This document shows, piece by piece, positions 45,551 through 55,509 of a stretch of DNA of 64,000 bases. The stretch is taken from assembly GCF_051306395.1 (NCBI RefSeq), contig NZ_JBPPND010000071.1, positions 1,437 to 65,436 of the forward strand, in the 5' to 3' direction. The translations under genes were made by a program, and so were the position numbers. A model generated the notes under the pieces. It was not told where the DNA came from, did not search any database, and worked only from the letters and a program-made list of their open reading frames with translations. Origin of the DNA: Methyloceanibacter sp. (GTDB lineage: Bacteria > Pseudomonadota > Alphaproteobacteria > Rhizobiales > Methyloligellaceae). Every line of letters begins with the position of its first letter. Positions within the stretch are counted from its first letter, which is position 1.

Positions 45551-46262
45551 GCTCGATCTCATGCCGGAAACGGCGCCCACGCTTCGCTCACATCTCACCG
45601 TGGGCCCCCATACGCTGAAGCCGCTGGCGGCGGGCGCGCTCTATTGGGAGGCGGAGGACACGCTCCTCGTGGCCGATCTCCATCTGGAGAAGGGCGCCGC
45701 CTATGCCGCCCGCGGCATGCTGCTTCCCCCGTACGACACACGCTCCACGCTGTCCCGCCTCGGCAAGATCATCGCCGCCGTGGACCCGGGCCGCGTCGTG
45801 GCGCTCGGCGATAGCTTCCATCGCAGCGAGTGCGCCGACAATCTGGTCGAGGACGATTTCGCGCTCCTGATGAAACTCCAGAAAGGCCGCGACTGGTTTT
45901 GGATCTGCGGCAATCACGACCCGCATCTGCCCGAAAGCATCGGCGGCACGGTCTGCGCCACGCTGACCATGGCGGGCGTCGTCTTGCGCCACGAACCGTC
46001 GGACCAGGCAACGGGTCCGGAGATCGTGGGGCATCTCCACCCGATCGCGCGCATCTCGCGGCGGGGCACGGTGGTCCGCCGCCGCTGTTTCGCCACCGAT
46101 GGCAGCCGCCTGGTCATGCCGGCCTTCGGCGCCTACGCGGGCGGGCTCAACGTGCTGCATGAGGCGTTTCGGCCGCTCTTCCTCTGGCACCGGCTGGAAG
46201 CCTGGATGATGGGCCGGCACGCGGTCTATCCGGTGCTCGGCAGCCTGCTGCTGCCGGATTAG
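45537..46262 (+). CDS. pdeM: Ligase-associated DNA damage response metallophosphoesterase/endonuclease
   Basis: ADLHLEKG, LGDSFH, GNHD, GHLHP and MPAFG motifs. Confidence 0.88.
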   Translation: MLRARLDLMPETAPTLRSHLTVGPHTLKPLAAGALYWEAEDTLLVADLHLEKGAAYAARGMLLPPYDTRSTLSRLGKIIAAVDPGRVVALGDSFHRSECADNLVEDDFALLMKLQKGRDWFWICGNHDPHLPESIGGTVCATLTMAGVVLRHEPSDQATGPEIVGHLHPIARISRRGTVVRRRCFATDGSRLVMPAFGAYAGGLNVLHEAFRPLFLWHRLEAWMMGRHAVYPVLGSLLLPD

Positions 46263-46270
46263 CGACCGGC

Positions 46271-47080
46271 CTAGTCGCGCCGGAAGGCGAACCAGCCGGC
46301 GAGACCCGAAAGCACGGCGATGATGACGCCGAGCAGGCCGTAGAGGAACGGGTGCAGGAAGGCGAGCTGGTAGATGAAAGCTTCGATCCCTGCTTTGGTC
46401 ACTTCGAGCGAGCCCTGGCTCTTGCTCACCACCTCGCCGTCGCGGAACAGATAGACGTCGGCCGTGTAGCGCCCGGTGGGCACGTTGACCGGGAGCGCGA
46501 CCGTGGCGCGGAACAGGCTGCGGCCGATGAACCTCACGCCGTCGTCGTCTTCTTGAAAGAGCTTCTTGTCCTCTCTCAGCCGGACCATCGCCGAGCGGAA
46601 GGACTGCTCTTGCGGATCCCCCTTCGTGTAGCGGCCGAAATCGAGATCGGAGAGGCCGATGCCGAGGTCCTTCAAGGTCGCGTCGGAAGCGATCGCCCGA
46701 AACGGCCGCGTGGAGAGCACCGCATAGAAACCGGGCACGCTACCGTAGGCCTTGGCGGGGCCGTTGACCCAAATTCCGGCTACCCGCTCCTTCTTGCGGA
46801 GCACGATGGGCTCGGACGGACCGCGCACCACAGCGATCACGTCGTATGTGCCTTCGCCCGGCGTGCGCGAGTCGCTGAAATCGATGCTGCCGAAGATGAG
46901 GATCTCGATGCCGGTGAAGTTCGACTGGATGGCGATCTCGCGCGTCGAGATGTCCGACTGAACCGTTTCCTGGCTGGTGCCCGGCTTCACCTCCGGCGGC
47001 GTCACGGCGTCTTGCGCGCGCGCCGGCATGCACAAAAGCGCGAGGAGAAGTGCGGTGAGACGGAGGATCGTGGCGCCCAT
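46271..47080 (-). CDS. TIGR02186-family conserved membrane protein
   Basis: IAIQSNFTG, RKKERVAGIW.N and LFR..V.LP.NVPTG.Y motifs; follows the TauE gene. Confidence 0.85.
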   Translation of the reverse strand: MGATILRLTALLLALLCMPARAQDAVTPPEVKPGTSQETVQSDISTREIAIQSNFTGIEILIFGSIDFSDSRTPGEGTYDVIAVVRGPSEPIVLRKKERVAGIWVNGPAKAYGSVPGFYAVLSTRPFRAIASDATLKDLGIGLSDLDFGRYTKGDPQEQSFRSAMVRLREDKKLFQEDDDGVRFIGRSLFRATVALPVNVPTGRYTADVYLFRDGEVVSKSQGSLEVTKAGIEAFIYQLAFLHPFLYGLLGVIIAVLSGLAGWFAFRRD

Positions 47081-48006
47081 CACGACCCCACCAACGGAAC
47101 GATGCTGTAGAGCTCGGACGGCCGGATCACCAGGTCGAGCAGAATGCGGATCGCGACGCCGAGCACCATGAGGGCCAGCAGCGCGCGCAATTGCTCGCCG
47201 CGCAGCTTCTGGCCGGCGCGCACGCCGAACTGACCGCCGATCACGCCCCCGATGATGAGCAGGAATGCGAGCATGATGTCGAGCGTATGGTTCAGGGTTG
47301 CGTGCAGCAGCGTGACGATGGCCGTGACGAAAATGATCTGGAAGATCGAGGTGCCGACGACGATGTTGGTCGGCATGCGCAGCAGATAGATCATCGCCGG
47401 CACCATGATGAAGCCGCCGCCGACGCCGAGGAACGCGGCGAGGAGACCGACCAGGCAGCCGATGACCAGCGGCGGGATGGCGCTGATATAGAGACGCGAG
47501 CGCGGAAAGCGCATCTTGAACGGCAGGCCGTGAATCCAATTGTGCTGGCTTGCCTTGCGCGCGGAGACGCTCTTGCCGGCCCGCTGACGCCTTATCGCGT
47601 TGACGCTCTCCCACAGCATCAGCGCGCCGATCGAGCCGAGGAAGAACACATAGGTCAGCGAGATCATCAGCCCCGCCTGGCCGGCCTCGCGCAAGATTTT
47701 GAGGAGAAAGACGCCGGCCAGCGCCCCGACCACGCCACCGGCGATGAGCACCGCGCCCATCTGAAGGTCGACATTGCCGCGCCGCCACTGTGCCATCGTG
47801 CCCGAGACCGAGGTGCCGACGATCTGATTGGCGCCCGTGGCCACGGCAATGGCCGGCGGGATGCCCGACAGCATCAGGAGCGGCGTGAGCAGGAAGCCGC
47901 CGCCGACGCCGAACATGCCCGACAGAAAGCCCACCGCCGCGCCAAGTCCCAGCATCACCACGAGGTTCACTGAGATCTCGGCAATGGGCAGATAAATTTG
48001 AAACAT
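47080..48006 (-). CDS. Sulfite exporter TauE/SafE family protein
   Basis: YLPIAE, GMFGVGGGFLLTP and GVGGGFIMVPAMIY motifs. Confidence 0.9.
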   Translation of the reverse strand: MFQIYLPIAEISVNLVVMLGLGAAVGFLSGMFGVGGGFLLTPLLMLSGIPPAIAVATGANQIVGTSVSGTMAQWRRGNVDLQMGAVLIAGGVVGALAGVFLLKILREAGQAGLMISLTYVFFLGSIGALMLWESVNAIRRQRAGKSVSARKASQHNWIHGLPFKMRFPRSRLYISAIPPLVIGCLVGLLAAFLGVGGGFIMVPAMIYLLRMPTNIVVGTSIFQIIFVTAIVTLLHATLNHTLDIMLAFLLIIGGVIGGQFGVRAGQKLRGEQLRALLALMVLGVAIRILLDLVIRPSELYSIVPLVGS

Positions 48007-48137
48007 CGGCCGTGGCGTTGAGAGAGCGGGCGTTTTGGCAACCTGTTCGCCGCGCGCGGGCCTGTCAATGCGTTACGCCCTGACTTGAACGAAATGTCAC
48101 GAAAATCAGGCCGAAGAGTGAATTCGGCCGGCGCTGT

Positions 48138-51128
48138 CTAGCTCGCCAGGCTCTCGAGCTTGGTGACGAGCGGAGCGGTGACCTCGCCGGTCTCATTCAG
48201 GCCGTTGCGCTGCTGGAACAACTTGATCCCGGTCCGGGTGCGCTCGCCCATCAGGCCGTCGGGCGGGCCGACGTCGAAGCCGAGCTTGTTGAGGAGCACC
48301 TGGGCTTTGGCCACGAGGGAAACGCCTTGAGGTGAGGAGGCCGACGTGGCCGCCCAGGTCCGCTGCTCGGTGACCTCGTTGGCTTCCGTGGTTACGGGCA
48401 TAGCCGTCCAAGCCTTCACCTCGGCGTCCGCCGCGGCCAGCGTCTCCGGTGCCAGTTGCGCGTGGATCACGTCGCGGCGCTTTTGGGCTTCGGGATCGCC
48501 CTGAGCGGCGGCCAGCGAGAACCACTTGTAAGCGTCGGTGAGACTCTTGGTCCGGCCGAGCCCATGCTCGGCGAGGATGCCCAGATTGAATTGGCTGTCG
48601 GCGAGACCTCTTGCCGCCGCCTCGCCATACCATTTGGCGGCGAGGTCATAATCCGGGGCGCTGCCGTCACGGCCGCTGACGCTGACCGCGAGATTATGCA
48701 TGGCCTTGACGTTGCCCCGCTCCGCGGCGGCGGCATACCAGCTCCGTGCCTTGTCGAGGTCCCTCTCGACGCCGAGCCCGCGCTCGTACATGGCGGCGAG
48801 GCGATACTGGGCCGGCGCGAGCCCGGCGCGCGCCGCGCGCTCCAGCCATTCGGTGGCCTTCTTCACGTTGCGCGTGGTGCCCTTGCCTTCCATGTAGCGG
48901 TCCGCGATCGTGTACTGCGCGGCCGCGTCGCCCTCCGAGGCGGCTTTCCGCAAGGGCAGCGGGCCGAGCGCCTCGGGCGGCATCGGTCCCTTCACCGGCG
49001 TCATCGTCAGTCTCTCGGCCAGCGCGGCGTCCGTGGCGGAGGCGGGGTCCTCGATGGAGAAGATCACGCCGGGGGGCAGGGCAGCGGCATTCGTCGGTGT
49101 CAGCGAAGCGAGCTGGGGCTCGGGCCTGATCTCGCTCTCGGGCATGGTCGCGCCGGAGGGCTTTCCGCCCGAGGATTTCACGACATCGGTGACGCCGGGC
49201 GTTGCCTGACCGACCCGGCCGTTGAAGGGCTCGAAGTCCGGTCCCGGGGTCGAGCCTTGATCTGGCAGGATCATCCACGATCCCTGGTCGGGCTCGGTAG
49301 ACGGTATCGTCTCGTTGCTCTCAGGCGCCGCGGCATCCTCGGAGGTATCGGCGGGCGGCGTCTCGGTGGTGGCGGACGGAGTGTCGGCCGATGGCGCGGG
49401 CTCGATGATCGTGGTCGGGCTCATGTCGGCATCCGGCTTGGAGCCAAGGCGCCCATAAAGAAGCAGCGCGCTGATCGCCAGAAGAATGGCCGCGGAGATG
49501 ATCAGCAGCGACCGTTTGCGGCGGCCCGGCTGCTCGGTCGCGGGCGAACTCCCGGGTAATACTTTCTTGGACCTCCGTCCGCTGCGTTCCTCGGCGCGCA
49601 CTGCGGCCGCCTGCGCCGCCCGGCGGGCCGCGGCCACAAGATCGTCCGGTGCGGCTTTCGGCGCCGCGTCGAGATCGACCGCCTCGCCATCGAGGCCGGC
49701 GCGCTTGGCGCGGCCGAAGGGCGGCGGCGTTTCGGTTTCCTTGTAATCGGGAATGGCGGCGCCGAGCCGGTCGCGCAGGGTCTCTTTCATGCGCATCTCG
49801 GCATCATCGAGCTTCGATGCGGGGCGCATCTCGGGAAGGCGCGGGCTAGGCGTCTCGGGAGCCTTTGGTGCGGACGTCTGGGGCGCGGCAGAGACTAGGG
49901 TCTTCGGCGCTTCAGCCTTAGGGGCCTGCGCCTGCGGTGCGGTCGCTTGCTGTGGGGCTTGGGCGAACGGCGCGGCGGGCTTGGCCTCGACCGGGCTTGT
50001 GAACGGGGTGCGGGGCTTTGGGCTCGCCCCGGGGCCGCTGTGCTCGAGCTGCTCCACGAGCTGCTTCAGGGATTGGTGGACCGCTTCGATCGTGCTCGCC
50101 AGCTTGTCGCCCGACTGGCGGCTCCTGTCGTCCATGGAAGCAAGCTCGCGCTGCATGGCGTCGAGCCGCTCGGTGGTCTTTTTGGTGTCGTCGGCGACAA
50201 GGCGCGCGGCGTCCTTCGCGGCCTTGGCGGCGATGTCCTGAAGCTGCGCCGGGTCGAGCGCGGCGGGCTCTTGCTCGGCGTCCTTCTCGTCCAGCCGCGC
50301 GATCAGCTTGAGCAGGTGGTCTTCCACCCCGCCGATCCTGCCGAGCTGCTCTTCGGCCCGGGTAAGCTGCTGACCCATATCGGTAATCTGTCTCTCAATA
50401 TGCTCCAGGGCCGCGCCGCTCGGGACCGTCTCCAGGCTCTGGGCAATCTGCGTACCGATCTCGTCGAGCCGCGTGTTCAGGGCTTCGATGGCGCTGGCCG
50501 GCATTGCCGCGCCGATGGACTGTTCCAGCCGCTCGGCCATCTCGACGAGCTGCTTGTCGAGATTGGCGTGCTCGGGGGCGAAACCCTCAAAGGGAGAGGC
50601 GGGGCCCGCGTATTTGGGAGCGGTGGCCCCGTAGCCGAATTCGGCGAGGTCGGAATCCGGCGCCAGCCGGGACCGCGTCTTCGACGCCATTACGGACTGC
50701 GCGAACCGGCTCGGCTCCGGCTCATAGCCGTAGGGGTCCCGCGCGCTCTCCTCGCTATCCGCGCGCAAACCGCCGGATAGCGCCTGTCCGAGGCGCTCGA
50801 AATCGTCGAGCGGCGTCGAGCTTTCGGTTTCGAGCCGGCGGGCAAGATCGCTGACTTGGGTATGCAACCGGTCGAATGTGTCGGCGTCCTCGGGCGCGCC
50901 GGTCTCCCGCGCGGCTTCCGTGGTCTGCGACAGATGATCGAGCCTGGCATGAAGGTCGTCGAGCGCTTCGCCGTAGCGGCGCTCGCTGTCCTCGACCCGC
51001 TCCACCAAGCGGCGCAACAGGGTCTCGACGGTGCCTTGGTCCATAGGTTGGTCCTCGGAGTAGGCATCGCTTCCCTGAGCGGCGTTGCTGGTTTGCCAAC
51101 TTGCTTCTGAAGCCATACCGTTACCCAT
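48138..51128 (-). CDS. podJ: PodJ-like polar localisation factor (coiled-coil, TM, Sel1 repeats, peptidoglycan-binding domain)
   Basis: Coiled-coil N-half, TM LLIISAAILLAISALLLY, Sel1 repeats (AQYRLAAMYERG, AMHNLA, SQFNLGIL), PG-binding LNKLGFDVGPPDGLMGERT; start uncertain (51128 or 51116). Confidence 0.72.
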   Translation of the reverse strand: MGNGMASEASWQTSNAAQGSDAYSEDQPMDQGTVETLLRRLVERVEDSERRYGEALDDLHARLDHLSQTTEAARETGAPEDADTFDRLHTQVSDLARRLETESSTPLDDFERLGQALSGGLRADSEESARDPYGYEPEPSRFAQSVMASKTRSRLAPDSDLAEFGYGATAPKYAGPASPFEGFAPEHANLDKQLVEMAERLEQSIGAAMPASAIEALNTRLDEIGTQIAQSLETVPSGAALEHIERQITDMGQQLTRAEEQLGRIGGVEDHLLKLIARLDEKDAEQEPAALDPAQLQDIAAKAAKDAARLVADDTKKTTERLDAMQRELASMDDRSRQSGDKLASTIEAVHQSLKQLVEQLEHSGPGASPKPRTPFTSPVEAKPAAPFAQAPQQATAPQAQAPKAEAPKTLVSAAPQTSAPKAPETPSPRLPEMRPASKLDDAEMRMKETLRDRLGAAIPDYKETETPPPFGRAKRAGLDGEAVDLDAAPKAAPDDLVAAARRAAQAAAVRAEERSGRRSKKVLPGSSPATEQPGRRKRSLLIISAAILLAISALLLYGRLGSKPDADMSPTTIIEPAPSADTPSATTETPPADTSEDAAAPESNETIPSTEPDQGSWMILPDQGSTPGPDFEPFNGRVGQATPGVTDVVKSSGGKPSGATMPESEIRPEPQLASLTPTNAAALPPGVIFSIEDPASATDAALAERLTMTPVKGPMPPEALGPLPLRKAASEGDAAAQYTIADRYMEGKGTTRNVKKATEWLERAARAGLAPAQYRLAAMYERGLGVERDLDKARSWYAAAAERGNVKAMHNLAVSVSGRDGSAPDYDLAAKWYGEAAARGLADSQFNLGILAEHGLGRTKSLTDAYKWFSLAAAQGDPEAQKRRDVIHAQLAPETLAAADAEVKAWTAMPVTTEANEVTEQRTWAATSASSPQGVSLVAKAQVLLNKLGFDVGPPDGLMGERTRTGIKLFQQRNGLNETGEVTAPLVTKLESLAS

Positions 51129-51220
51129 GGAGTTACGCCGCCGATTCCGCGCCCCCGCGGGTGACGGCCTGGCCGCAACACGTGTGACGAAGCGGTCTCG
51201 ATGACGGTGGCAAGGCTGGG

Positions 51221-51235
51221 TAAATTTTCTCTTAA
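51221..51235. promoter_or_regulatory. Putative CtrA box upstream of the podJ-like gene
   Basis: TAAA-N7-TTAA, one mismatch to TTAA-N7-TTAA. Confidence 0.35.
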
Positions 51236-51297
51236 GGAATGCCCTGGAATGGGACGATTCTGCGCTTCTCGCATCGCGGAACCGGGGAAATCGCGCG

Positions 51298-51735
51298 TTG
51301 TCTGATCTGGTCGAATCGAGCCACATCCTGACCGTGCCGACGCGCGGCAAGGGCTTCGTCGAGATCACGCGCGGGATTTCAGCCTGGCTCGAGGGCATCG
51401 GCGCCGACGGCGGGCTTCTCACCGTCTTCGTCTCTCACACCTCGGCCTCCCTCACCATCCAGGAGAACGCCGATCCGAATGTACGGGTCGACCTGCTCGA
51501 TGCGCTCGAGGGGTTGGCGCCGGAGGACCGGGCCTATGCCCATCACGAGGAGGGGCCCGACGACATGCCGAGCCATATCAAGGCGATGCTCACCTCGGTC
51601 AGCCTGTCGATCCCGGTGCGGGACGGCGCCATGACGCTCGGCACCTGGCAGGGCGTCTATCTGATCGAGCATCGCGCCGCGCCGCATCGGCGCCGGGTCG
51701 TCCTGAGCTTCATCGGACGCGCAAAGCAGGCGTGA
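51298..51735 (+). CDS. yjbQ: YjbQ / UPF0047 family protein
   Basis: HTSASLTIQENADP.V, H..EGPDDMPSHIK and LGTWQGVYLIEHR motifs. Confidence 0.9.
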   Translation: MSDLVESSHILTVPTRGKGFVEITRGISAWLEGIGADGGLLTVFVSHTSASLTIQENADPNVRVDLLDALEGLAPEDRAYAHHEEGPDDMPSHIKAMLTSVSLSIPVRDGAMTLGTWQGVYLIEHRAAPHRRRVVLSFIGRAKQA

Positions 51736-52707
51736 TCAGTTTCCAGAGAAGATCCGCGTCGCGGCGATCAGCTCATGCACGATGCCCGGCTCCGTCATGG
51801 CGTGGCCGGAATCCGGCACCACGCGCAAATCGGCCTGCGGCCAAGCTTGAACAAGATCGAAGGCGTTCTTCACCGGCGTCACCACGTCGTAGCGGCCGTG
51901 CACGATCACGCCGGGAACGTCCTTCAGACGGTCCGCGTTGCGCAGGAGCTGATCGTCGGTGTCGAAGAAGCCTCGATTGACGAAGTAGTGGGCCTCGATG
52001 CGCGCGAACGCGAGCGCATAATAGTCTTCGGAGAATTGCCGCTCCCGGGCGAAATCCGGCAGCAGGGAAAGCGTGCGTCCCTCCCAAGCGCTCCAAGCGC
52101 GCGCCGCTTCGACCTGGACGGAAGGATCATCGCTCGTAAGCCGTTTGTAGTACGCCGCGATCATGTCGGCGCGCTCCGCCTCGGGGATGACGCTGACGTA
52201 GTCGGCGAACGCGTCAGGAAACAGCCAGCTACAACCGTCCTGATAGAACCATTCAAGCTCCGCGCGGCGCAGCATGAAGATGCCGCGCAAGATGAGCTCG
52301 CGCACGCGCTCGGGGTGAGTTTGCGCGTAGGCCAGCGCCAGCGTGGAGCCCCACGAACCGCCAAACACTTGCCAGCGGTCGATGCCGAGATGCTCGCGCA
52401 AGCGTTCGATGTCGGCAACCAGATCCCAGGTGGTGTTCTCCTCGAGTGAGGCATGGGGGATCGACCGGCCGCAGCCGCGCTGGTCGAACAGCACGATGCG
52501 GTAGAGCCGGGGATCGTGATAGCGCCGCATGATGGGCGTGACGCCGCCACCGGGTCCGCCATGCAACACGACGACTGGCTTGCCGGACGGCGACCCGCAC
52601 TCTTCGTAGTAGAGTTCGTGCAGGTCCGAGACCTTGAGCCGGCCCGAGCGGAAGGGCACGATTTCAGGGTAAAGCGATAGCCGTGGAGAGTCGGGCCGCG
52701 GGTCCAT
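51736..52707 (-). CDS. pip: Proline iminopeptidase
   Basis: LHGGPGGG, FDQRGCGRS, FGGSWGS, GRYDVVTP and DSGH motifs. Confidence 0.94.
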   Translation of the reverse strand: MDPRPDSPRLSLYPEIVPFRSGRLKVSDLHELYYEECGSPSGKPVVVLHGGPGGGVTPIMRRYHDPRLYRIVLFDQRGCGRSIPHASLEENTTWDLVADIERLREHLGIDRWQVFGGSWGSTLALAYAQTHPERVRELILRGIFMLRRAELEWFYQDGCSWLFPDAFADYVSVIPEAERADMIAAYYKRLTSDDPSVQVEAARAWSAWEGRTLSLLPDFARERQFSEDYYALAFARIEAHYFVNRGFFDTDDQLLRNADRLKDVPGVIVHGRYDVVTPVKNAFDLVQAWPQADLRVVPDSGHAMTEPGIVHELIAATRIFSGN

Positions 52708-52716
52708 GGAACTCGT

Positions 52717-54561
52717 TCAGTCCTCTTCGCTGCTCGCTGTGGCCGCCCGGGCTTGCGCCTGGTCGAACATGGTCTCGCCGTCGGGTTTGCGCATCTCTTC
52801 GTAATAGGCGGTGTCGAAGCCCTCCGGCTCCGGTCCGTAGAGGCTCGCCCCGACGCCTGCGCCAAGCGCCAGCACCGCCGCCACGAGGCAGGACATGGCC
52901 GTGCCCACGGCGGTTTCGGCCACGCCGATCAGGCCGCCCATGGTCAAGGCGAGAAACAGGACGCCAAATCCGGTTGCCAGACTGGCGAGAGCGCCCCGGG
53001 TGGTGCAGCGCGGCCACCAGATCGCCAGGAGAAGAACCGGGAAGAACGTCGCGGCGGCAAAAGCGAAGGCCGTCACCGCGGTATGCAGCGCATCCACCTC
53101 GGCGATAAAGAGATACACGGCCGCCAAAAACGCGCACGCGGCAATCGCAGCCCACGCCGCCATGAGCCGCGGCAGAATGATAGGCTGGTGGTCGAGCGTG
53201 CCGTAGACGTCGTCGGCGAGGCTCGCTCCGAGGGTGAACAGATGCGAGCCGGCGGCGGCGAGCGCGATCGCCAAGCCCGCCGCAGCCATGAGCGCGGTGA
53301 GGACGTAAGGAAGTTGCGCCAGGATCGGCAATGCCAGCGCGATCCCGTCGCGCGAGATTAAAAGCTCGCCTGCTCCGATCGTGCCGTCGCCGTTGAGATC
53401 GCTCGCCTGCGCCAACTGTCCCACGCTCAAGCTGGAGAGCCACGCCGGCAGCCCTTGCGTGGGGATGAGCGCCATGTCGCGGAACATGAGCACTTTAGCG
53501 AACGCCGCAAGCGACGGCGCGGTGATGACGAACAGCGCCACGAGCAGAAGCGCCCAGGCGGTCGAGCGGCGCTGATCGGCCACCGAGCAAGTGACGCCGC
53601 TGCGCGCGATCAGGCTCGGCAGGGCGGCCGTGCCCAGCGCGAAACAGAAGAACAGCGCGAAGAAGCCCCGCTCGGTGATGGCGCCGAACGATTGAAGGAA
53701 GGGCTTCACGGCCGCCATGGGCTCAGGCGCCGGCAGAGCTCCGATGTCGCCGGGCTCCACCGGCGACATGCCGGCGGCCGTCTCCGCGCTCTGCAAGGAG
53801 CCGAACATCTCGCCATAGGTGAATTGCGGCGCGGGTAGATTGGTCAACAGCACCGAGACGACGATCAGTGGCACGGCGAGCCCGATGGCGCCGGCGATGA
53901 ACTGCGCGCTACCCGACCAGGTCAGAGCGCGCATGCCGCCGAGAATGCCCGTCGCCGCGACGAGCGCGGCGATCAGCAGCACGGCGATCCAATAGGATGC
54001 CGGCAGGAAGATCGCCACCACGGTTGCCGCGATCTTGATCTCCGCGGCGAGAAGCAGCGCGGTCGGCACCACCTGCAAGGCGCTCGCCACAAGGCGTGTC
54101 TCGCGCGAGCGAAACCTTTGGCCGAGAAAGGCGGGAAGCGTGTAGGCGCCCGCCCGGCGCAAATAGGGCACGAACAGAACGCCGGAGAGCAACAGGCCGC
54201 ACGTCCAGCCGAGACCGATGGCGAGCGCGTCGAAGCCGAGGAAGAAGACCGCGCCCGTATAGGCGAAGAAGCCGGTGCCGCCGACCGTGATCGCCGCCAA
54301 GAGGAACGCGTTATAGACTTGGGGAACCCGGCGCCCGGAGGTGAAGAAGTCCTCGACGTCGAGGGTGCGCGCCGCCACGGTGATGGCGAGATAAAAAAGC
54401 AGCGGCAGCAGGATCATGAGCAGCGCGATCGTGCCGTCGCTCCAGCCGAGTTGCTCGGCCATGGCGAGCAGCACCACCAGCGAGGCGAAGGCGCTGGCGA
54501 CGATGCCGTAATAGGCGCCGAGATGCGGATTCGGCGTACGCTGGCGCGACGGCGCTGTCAT
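52717..54561 (-). CDS. Solute:sodium symporter (SSS/ActP-like)
   Basis: About 13-14 hydrophobic segments; DFFTSGR.VP..YN, YTLPAFLGQRF and LTWSGSAQF motifs; upstream small partner gene. Confidence 0.8.
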   Translation of the reverse strand: MTAPSRQRTPNPHLGAYYGIVASAFASLVVLLAMAEQLGWSDGTIALLMILLPLLFYLAITVAARTLDVEDFFTSGRRVPQVYNAFLLAAITVGGTGFFAYTGAVFFLGFDALAIGLGWTCGLLLSGVLFVPYLRRAGAYTLPAFLGQRFRSRETRLVASALQVVPTALLLAAEIKIAATVVAIFLPASYWIAVLLIAALVAATGILGGMRALTWSGSAQFIAGAIGLAVPLIVVSVLLTNLPAPQFTYGEMFGSLQSAETAAGMSPVEPGDIGALPAPEPMAAVKPFLQSFGAITERGFFALFFCFALGTAALPSLIARSGVTCSVADQRRSTAWALLLVALFVITAPSLAAFAKVLMFRDMALIPTQGLPAWLSSLSVGQLAQASDLNGDGTIGAGELLISRDGIALALPILAQLPYVLTALMAAAGLAIALAAAGSHLFTLGASLADDVYGTLDHQPIILPRLMAAWAAIAACAFLAAVYLFIAEVDALHTAVTAFAFAAATFFPVLLLAIWWPRCTTRGALASLATGFGVLFLALTMGGLIGVAETAVGTAMSCLVAAVLALGAGVGASLYGPEPEGFDTAYYEEMRKPDGETMFDQAQARAATASSEED

Positions 54562-54564
54562 CGC

Positions 54565-54846
54565 CTACGCCATCTCCTCATTGAAGCTGCGCGTGTGGTC
54601 GATGCGTTCTTGCACGCGCACGTACCAGAAGGCGATCACCACCGCGAAGATGACGAGACCCTGCGCCAGAAGATAGAAGCCGAGCGGGAAGTGGAGGAAC
54701 CACAGCCGGTTCAGGGCAATCGCATATATAATGACGAAGGCTACGGCGCAGAGCACCGCGGCGATGGTGGTGATGGCGACGGCCAGCGTGCGCAATTGGT
54801 GGCGGTCGCGCACCGCATTTTCGGTTTCAGTGGCTTCCGCTGTCAC
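54565..54846 (-). CDS. Small membrane partner of SSS (DUF4212/DUF485-like)
   Basis: GGGAGGG RBS with GTG; FPLGFYLLAQG...FWYVR...RID. Confidence 0.82.
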   Translation of the reverse strand: MTAEATETENAVRDRHQLRTLAVAITTIAAVLCAVAFVIIYAIALNRLWFLHFPLGFYLLAQGLVIFAVVIAFWYVRVQERIDHTRSFNEEMA

Positions 54847-55002
54847 ATTCCCTCCCAACCCAAGGTCCAGCCGGGCGCTGAGGCCTGCCGAGCAGTTAGC
54901 AGCTAGGCGGAGCCTTGCAAACTGTGCTTTGAGGTGCAAATGCCCTAAAAATCGTGGCAGAGAAGCAGTGTGCTCTCAACGGCTTGAGGGGGAATGCGGG
55001 CA

Positions 55003-55422
55003 ATGCTCCAAGAATTCAAGGAATTTGCACTACGCGGCAATGTGGTGGACATGGCCGTGGGTATCATCATCGGCGCGGCCTTTTCCACAATCGTCAAGGC
55101 GCTGGTCGACGACGTCATCATGCCGCCTGTCGGTCTGCTCACAGGCGGCGTGGATTTCTCCGACCTCTTTATCAACTTGAGCGGGGGCGATTATCAATCG
55201 CTGGCGCAAGCCAGGGAGGCCGGCGCTGCGACCATCAATATTGGCATATTCATCAACAGCGTCATCAGCTTCGCCATCGTCGCTTTCGTGCTGTTTATGG
55301 TGATCAAGGGCATGAACCAGCTGCGCCGCAAACAGGAAGAGGAGCCGGCGACCCAGCCGCCGCCCTCGCGCGAGGTGCAACTCCTGGAAGAAATTCGCGA
55401 CGCCCTGGTGAAGCGCGGTTAG
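55003..55422 (+). CDS. mscL: Large-conductance mechanosensitive channel
   Basis: [24 protein letters not shown]...LLEEIRDAL; alternative start at 54994. Confidence 0.97.
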   Translation: MLQEFKEFALRGNVVDMAVGIIIGAAFSTIVKALVDDVIMPPVGLLTGGVDFSDLFINLSGGDYQSLAQAREAGAATINIGIFINSVISFAIVAFVLFMVIKGMNQLRRKQEEEPATQPPPSREVQLLEEIRDALVKRG

Positions 55423-55427
55423 CGCCT

Positions 55428-55499
55428 GCGCCCAAGTAGGCCGGAGGCCGGTAGCGCAAAGATAAAGCGCTCAAGTAGGCCGGAGGCCGATAGCGCAAA
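55428..55499 (+). repeat. 33-bp imperfect direct repeat (39-bp period) between mscL and the autotransporter stop
   Basis: GCGC(C/T)CAAGTAGGCCGGAGGCCG(G/A)TAGCGCAAA at 55428-55460 and 55467-55499. Confidence 0.9.
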
Positions 55500-55509
55500 T
55501 GATACCAAC

